From assembly GCA_965206985.1 (NCBI GenBank), contig CBDBLF010000011.1, positions 477,320 to 541,319 of the forward strand: a DNA stretch of 64,000 bases, given 5' to 3'. The DNA is from Spirochaetota bacterium. Its GTDB lineage: Bacteria > Spirochaetota > Leptospiria > Turneriellales > CBDBES01. The first letter of the stretch is position 1. Each line of letters starts with the position of its first letter. The notes beneath the pieces were generated by a model, which saw nothing but the letters and a program-made list of their open reading frames with translations, did not search any database and was not told the DNA's origin. The position numbers and the translations under genes were made by a program. This document shows positions 60,420 to 64,000 of the stretch, piece after piece.

Positions 60420-60716
60420 ACATTTTAAAATATCTACGATCAGAAAACGGTGTCACTATGTAAAACAAAATCGCTAGGCAGGCAATACCAGACCCAGGAG
60501 GTTGGGGGGGAGCTAAGGTCTAGTTCGTGGGTAACAAACCGTCCAAGGCTAACAAATCCAAAAAATTGAACTGGGTGGGGATATACCGAATGATTGCTTT
60601 TCAAAACCATATACACTTATTTGTCTCCCTTAGCTCGCTAAAACACCCATTTTCATTTCTGAGCCTTCCCAACTGCACTCTTCTCAGAAGAGTGGGCAGT
60701 TGGGGTCGTGTCATAT

Positions 60717-61481
60717 TTAATCAAAGTTTCTATTTGCGATGAATAATTCTTGTATAGACCACTTATGATTCGTCATTTCTGTAGCCATTGCTGGGGTGAT
60801 TTGAATTGGTTTTCCTCCCTCATACTCAGCTAGACTTGAATGTGGAAGGCAGAAATTGTAATAATTAGCAACAAAAGAATTATGCCCCTGCATATATTTG
60901 AATTTTTTTGAAAAACCCTGACTTTTACGCTCTATTCTATGATTGTGTTGGCGAAGAGTCAAATTATTCCTTTCTACAGCAAAGGTGTTCATCTGATGAC
61001 TTACTGAAGAGTTTGCAATATATTCATCTAGTAGCTTTTGATCACCAAAGATTAGAGATTTGTCAACTTCCTTACATCTCCCTTTTTCTATTCTCTTAAT
61101 TATTTGCCCATAACATAGAGATTTGGGTGATTGAAGCTTTCTAGTCATTGAGTCAAATTTACCATAAACTGAAAGAATGGCATCACTATATCCCTCATAT
61201 CCATCAGAGGTAATCAAGAATTTATCTTCCCTCTTTGGCTTACTTCTTGTTTTTACCTTGGTCAGTAACTTTCTAGCATTCACTGAGGTCCTCTTGCCTG
61301 TTATATGCGCTAAAATGAGCTTTTCTACAGGCAATACTGCAGTAAAAGTCCAGATATCCCCTATTTCATCACTTAATCGCTCAGTCTCTGATAGATTGTA
61401 TTGTTTTTTAAAGACAAAACCCCAATGCTCGTCTAATTGAATTTCATTGAAAGACAGGTTTTTGTATATATTTTTTTTCAA
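60717..61481 (-). CDS. IS1-like InsB (DDE transposase)
   Basis: 254 aa. QLDEHW, TSDGYEGY and VERNNLTLRQHNHRIERKSQGFSK motifs. The track start is TTG inside the A8 tract. Confidence 0.85.
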   Translation of the reverse strand: MKKNIYKNLSFNEIQLDEHWGFVFKKQYNLSETERLSDEIGDIWTFTAVLPVEKLILAHITGKRTSVNARKLLTKVKTRSKPKREDKFLITSDGYEGYSDAILSVYGKFDSMTRKLQSPKSLCYGQIIKRIEKGRCKEVDKSLIFGDQKLLDEYIANSSVSHQMNTFAVERNNLTLRQHNHRIERKSQGFSKKFKYMQGHNSFVANYYNFCLPHSSLAEYEGGKPIQITPAMATEMTNHKWSIQELFIANRNFD

Positions 61482-61821
61482 CTTTTAGTGAATCTTCACC
61501 TGCTGCTTTAACCCAAGCAAGAACTGTATCCTTGCTGATACCAAAGACTCTTCCGGTAGCTCTAATGCCACAGCCCTCAACTGTGTTTTGTAATACCCGA
61601 GTAATGGTTTCTTTGCTTTTCTTGCGACGAAAAAAAATAGTGCCTTTATTCTCTGAAAAGCATCTACCACAAGCGGTGCACTTTAAATAGGCTATTTGTT
61701 TGTACTTACCAGACATATAAGCAAAGCGCACATTTCCTTCATTTACCTTATGATACTTATGGCAGTCTGTATTTTGACAGCTAAAACCACTTGTATCAAA
61801 GGTATATTTTCTTTTGTTCAT
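61444..61821 (-). CDS. IS1-like InsA (zinc-finger + HTH)
   Basis: 125 aa. Overlaps insB by 38 nt. Confidence 0.85.
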   Translation of the reverse strand: MNKRKYTFDTSGFSCQNTDCHKYHKVNEGNVRFAYMSGKYKQIAYLKCTACGRCFSENKGTIFFRRKKSKETITRVLQNTVEGCGIRATGRVFGISKDTVLAWVKAAGEDSLKVEKKYIQKPVFQ

Positions 61822-62001
61822 AATGAGACATAACCTTAATTTAAGAGAGATAAGTCAATTCCTTTTTTAATTGGAAACTTTGATTAAATATGACACGACC
61901 GCAGTTGGGTCAAAAATTATTGTGTACAAATAAGATTAACTTCAGTAGACTCCCTACTGGTTTGTTTTTAGTATAAACTTAAAAATTTTATGGGGTAGGT
62001 T

Positions 62002-62715
62002 ATGGTAGCGTTATTATCGTTGTTGCAAAATCAAGGAAAAACCAAGGAGATGAGACAAATAGAAAGAAATAAAGAAATTCACAGGAAAGAATTTTTACAA
62101 AACTTAGCTATTTATACGGGCTCAATAGTTCTTTTACCGGCTGTTAGTTCTTGTAAATGGTTTGCAAAAGAAAATATTTTGGTTCCTCAGGTCATGAGTT
62201 CTGATTGGAATCCTATCACCTTCAACCGTGATCGAGGTAACCAAGGGGCAATTCCTAAGTCATATTTAGCCTCGATTAATGGGCCTGATGGTGAAAAACA
62301 ACATATTGGTAAACATTTGCCTTATGTTCCTAACGTCAGCTTAGAAAAAATACCCGATGGTTTTTTGCCCATCATGTGGGGAGACCCTGAGAAGGGGCAT
62401 ACAAGGCACCCAAACGCACCCGCAGATGCGACCAAGAACCACTACGAGGGTCATTGGTATAACTGGGTCAGAATGCGAAAAGCCATCTCTGGAGGAGCCA
62501 TTGAATTACAAAGCACATACTCAAATTGGCCATCCATCGGGGAGTCTGATAATGGAAGCTACGTTGCTTTTGGAGGAAAAAAAATTACTTCAGAACAAGG
62601 CAAGAATACAATTTATTTGGCTGCTCTTCCTTCTGATGTTAAAAAAGGGGACACCGTAAGAGTTTATGCACATTGTAAAACACACGGAGAATGGGTAGAT
62701 TTCCTACAAGTTTAG
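62002..62715 (+). CDS. Exported lipoprotein with superoxide-reductase-like (desulfoferrodoxin Fe-domain) motifs
   Basis: HRKEFLQNL...LLPAVSSC (Tat-like RK motif plus lipobox). GKHLPYV, HTRHPN...H..HW and YAHCKTHGEW resemble the SOR ligand blocks EKHVPV / HPN..EHH / C..HG.W. Confidence 0.55.
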   Translation: MVALLSLLQNQGKTKEMRQIERNKEIHRKEFLQNLAIYTGSIVLLPAVSSCKWFAKENILVPQVMSSDWNPITFNRDRGNQGAIPKSYLASINGPDGEKQHIGKHLPYVPNVSLEKIPDGFLPIMWGDPEKGHTRHPNAPADATKNHYEGHWYNWVRMRKAISGGAIELQSTYSNWPSIGESDNGSYVAFGGKKITSEQGKNTIYLAALPSDVKKGDTVRVYAHCKTHGEWVDFLQV

Positions 62716-62729
62716 AGGGTGAAGCTTTT

Positions 62730-64000
62730 TTAAGACTTTAGAAGAGAAAAGATTTCTTGGAGTTCTCGTTGGCTTGTCGCCTCCGCTATCACCCGAAGAA
62801 TGGGTTCAGTATTGGAAGTTCTGATGTGTACCCAAGGGAGCCCTGCTTTTTCTGAGAGGTGTATCCCGTCGTTTGTCTGGAGTTTAAATTTGGGGAAGTG
62901 GTTTGTAAGTTTTCGTTGAAGCTTCTCTAAAAAACTTTTGTTCTGAATCGGTATTTTTTTTTTTTTCATACAGGTGAGTGGCATTTTTTGAACGATTTCA
63001 TCGATGCTTTGGTTTTGATTGCACATTAAAGCAATAATCCACGCCATTCCTGCGATAGAATCTCTACCCTGAGAAGGTATCTCCATATCAATGACTCCTC
63101 CGTTTCCTTCTCCACCAAATTTTGACTTTACTTTTTTCATGAGCTGAACAACGTGTGCCTCACCAACTTTTGATCGGTAGACTTTTCGATGAAATCTATC
63201 AGCAACCCATTGGTTCAACCATGAAGAAGAAAGGTTTATCACCATACTACCATCTCTGTTGTTGAGTGCTTGCATTGCAGCCAAAGGCAATGTGTATTCC
63301 TCACCGAGTATTTTACCTGATGAAGAGATGATTGCTAGTCGGTCAGCATCGGGGTCAAAAGCAAACCCAACATCACACTGATTTTTTTTAACAAAAGAAG
63401 AAAATTGGGAGAGAGCACGGGTTGTTGGTTCTGGTTGACGTGGGAAGGTTGTTAATAATTGGGGGTACATCGAGAAAACTTGAATTCCAATTTCTTTTAA
63501 AAAAAAATTTGCAATGCTAGTCGCACACGCACCTAAAGTGTCCATACCTACCTTCATTTTGACTTTTTTAGGAAGTTTAATCTTTGAGCGAACTTCCTGA
63601 ATGTGGGAGTTCAAAGCCTTTTCATGAGCATTCTCAAAATTACCTTGTTGCTTATGATTTTTCCAGTTTTGATTTTCTTTCAGGTTCTGCAAAAATTTTT
63701 GATTGTCTTTTTCACTAAAAAAAAAACCTTCTTTGGTGATGAATTTAAACGCGTTATATTCTGGAGGGTTATGACTGGCAGAAATCATCAAACCTCCCGC
63801 AAGATTTTCTGAAGCAATATAATTTTTCAGAGTGGGCGTTGGTAACACCCCAAGGTCAAGGACTTTGCGCCCACACGAAATGAGACTACCCAGGCTTAGT
63901 TGTCTCATCGCTTCGCTCGTATTTCTGGTGTCTCGCGCCAGAGCAATTACACCTCTAGGAAGGCAATTGCTAAATACTGAACACAATATAGGAATATTTT
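62730..64000 (-). CDS. Phosphohexomutase (phosphoglucosamine/phosphomannomutase family), 5' end beyond the window
   Basis: MISASHNPPEYNAFKF (active-site Ser loop), FAFDPDADR (metal loop), GGEGNGG. The frame is still open at the window edge. Confidence 0.75.
   Translation of the reverse strand, partial: NIPILCSVFSNCLPRGVIALARDTRNTSEAMRQLSLGSLISCGRKVLDLGVLPTPTLKNYIASENLAGGLMISASHNPPEYNAFKFITKEGFFFSEKDNQKFLQNLKENQNWKNHKQQGNFENAHEKALNSHIQEVRSKIKLPKKVKMKVGMDTLGACATSIANFFLKEIGIQVFSMYPQLLTTFPRQPEPTTRALSQFSSFVKKNQCDVGFAFDPDADRLAIISSSGKILGEEYTLPLAAMQALNNRDGSMVINLSSSWLNQWVADRFHRKVYRSKVGEAHVVQLMKKVKSKFGGEGNGGVIDMEIPSQGRDSIAGMAWIIALMCNQNQSIDEIVQKMPLTCMKKKKIPIQNKSFLEKLQRKLTNHFPKFKLQTNDGIHLSEKAGLPWVHIRTSNTEPILRVIAEATSQRELQEIFSLLKS

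Larger units (their letters stand above)
60704..61900 (-). mobile_element. IS1-family-like insertion sequence, copy B (1,197 bp, intact)
   Basis: Same perfect 27-bp IRs. The 8-bp TSD GCAGTTGG is at 60696-60703 and 61901-61908. Confidence 0.92.

Noticed and set aside
60430-60660. ORF-free stretch upstream of IS1-like copy B, inspected for a structured RNA (tmRNA, RNase P, SRP, 6S).
   Set aside because: I found no characteristic conserved boxes, such as a tmRNA 5' GGGG..., a tag reading frame or a CCA end. A covariance-model scan (Rfam/Infernal) would be needed.

Overview
This is an AT-rich chromosomal segment (roughly one-third G+C by eye) from a Gram-negative-type bacterium. The markers for that are kdsB, an OmpA/TolB-like protein, ftsQ-ftsA-ftsZ, gyrB, rpoD, fumC, glyA, cysS and rpmB. 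The first ~20 kb is a surface-glycan / sugar-nucleotide neighbourhood. It holds a UDP-glucuronate decarboxylase, several GT2 glycosyltransferases, a polytopic membrane protein and a tandem nucleotidyltransferase, plus a CHASE2 adenylate cyclase and a GH15 + trehalose-6-P synthase/phosphatase pair. Five almost identical copies of a 1,228-bp IS3-family element sit in this region. The element has orfA/orfB, an A8 slippery tract, TGG...CCA ends and 3-bp target duplications. One copy carries a nonsense codon, and one has a different right end and no target duplication. Two other IS types occur. A 1,197-bp IS1-like element is present twice, and one of those copies is nested inside a 1.24-kb IS481-like element. 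Decayed remnants of the IS481-like and IS3-like elements lie at 44.3-44.6 kb. Several gene scars are readable: an rfbB pseudogene split by an IS, a bacterioferritin remnant, a nucleotidyltransferase truncated by an IS, and a frameshifted small secreted protein. Together these suggest an IS bloom with ongoing gene decay. The other 44 kb is mostly housekeeping. Unusual items there are an ATP-grasp / Cys-motif / FMN-dehydrogenase fusion, a eukaryote-like 3-ketodihydrosphingosine-reductase homologue, an orphan fatty-acyl-AMP-ligase + ACP pair, an exported SOR-like lipoprotein, a short MITE-like dispersed repeat, and A/T homopolymers of 10-13 nt inside essential genes. I recognised no rRNA, tRNA or CRISPR array by eye. 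All homology statements come from motif recognition or memory and need database confirmation.
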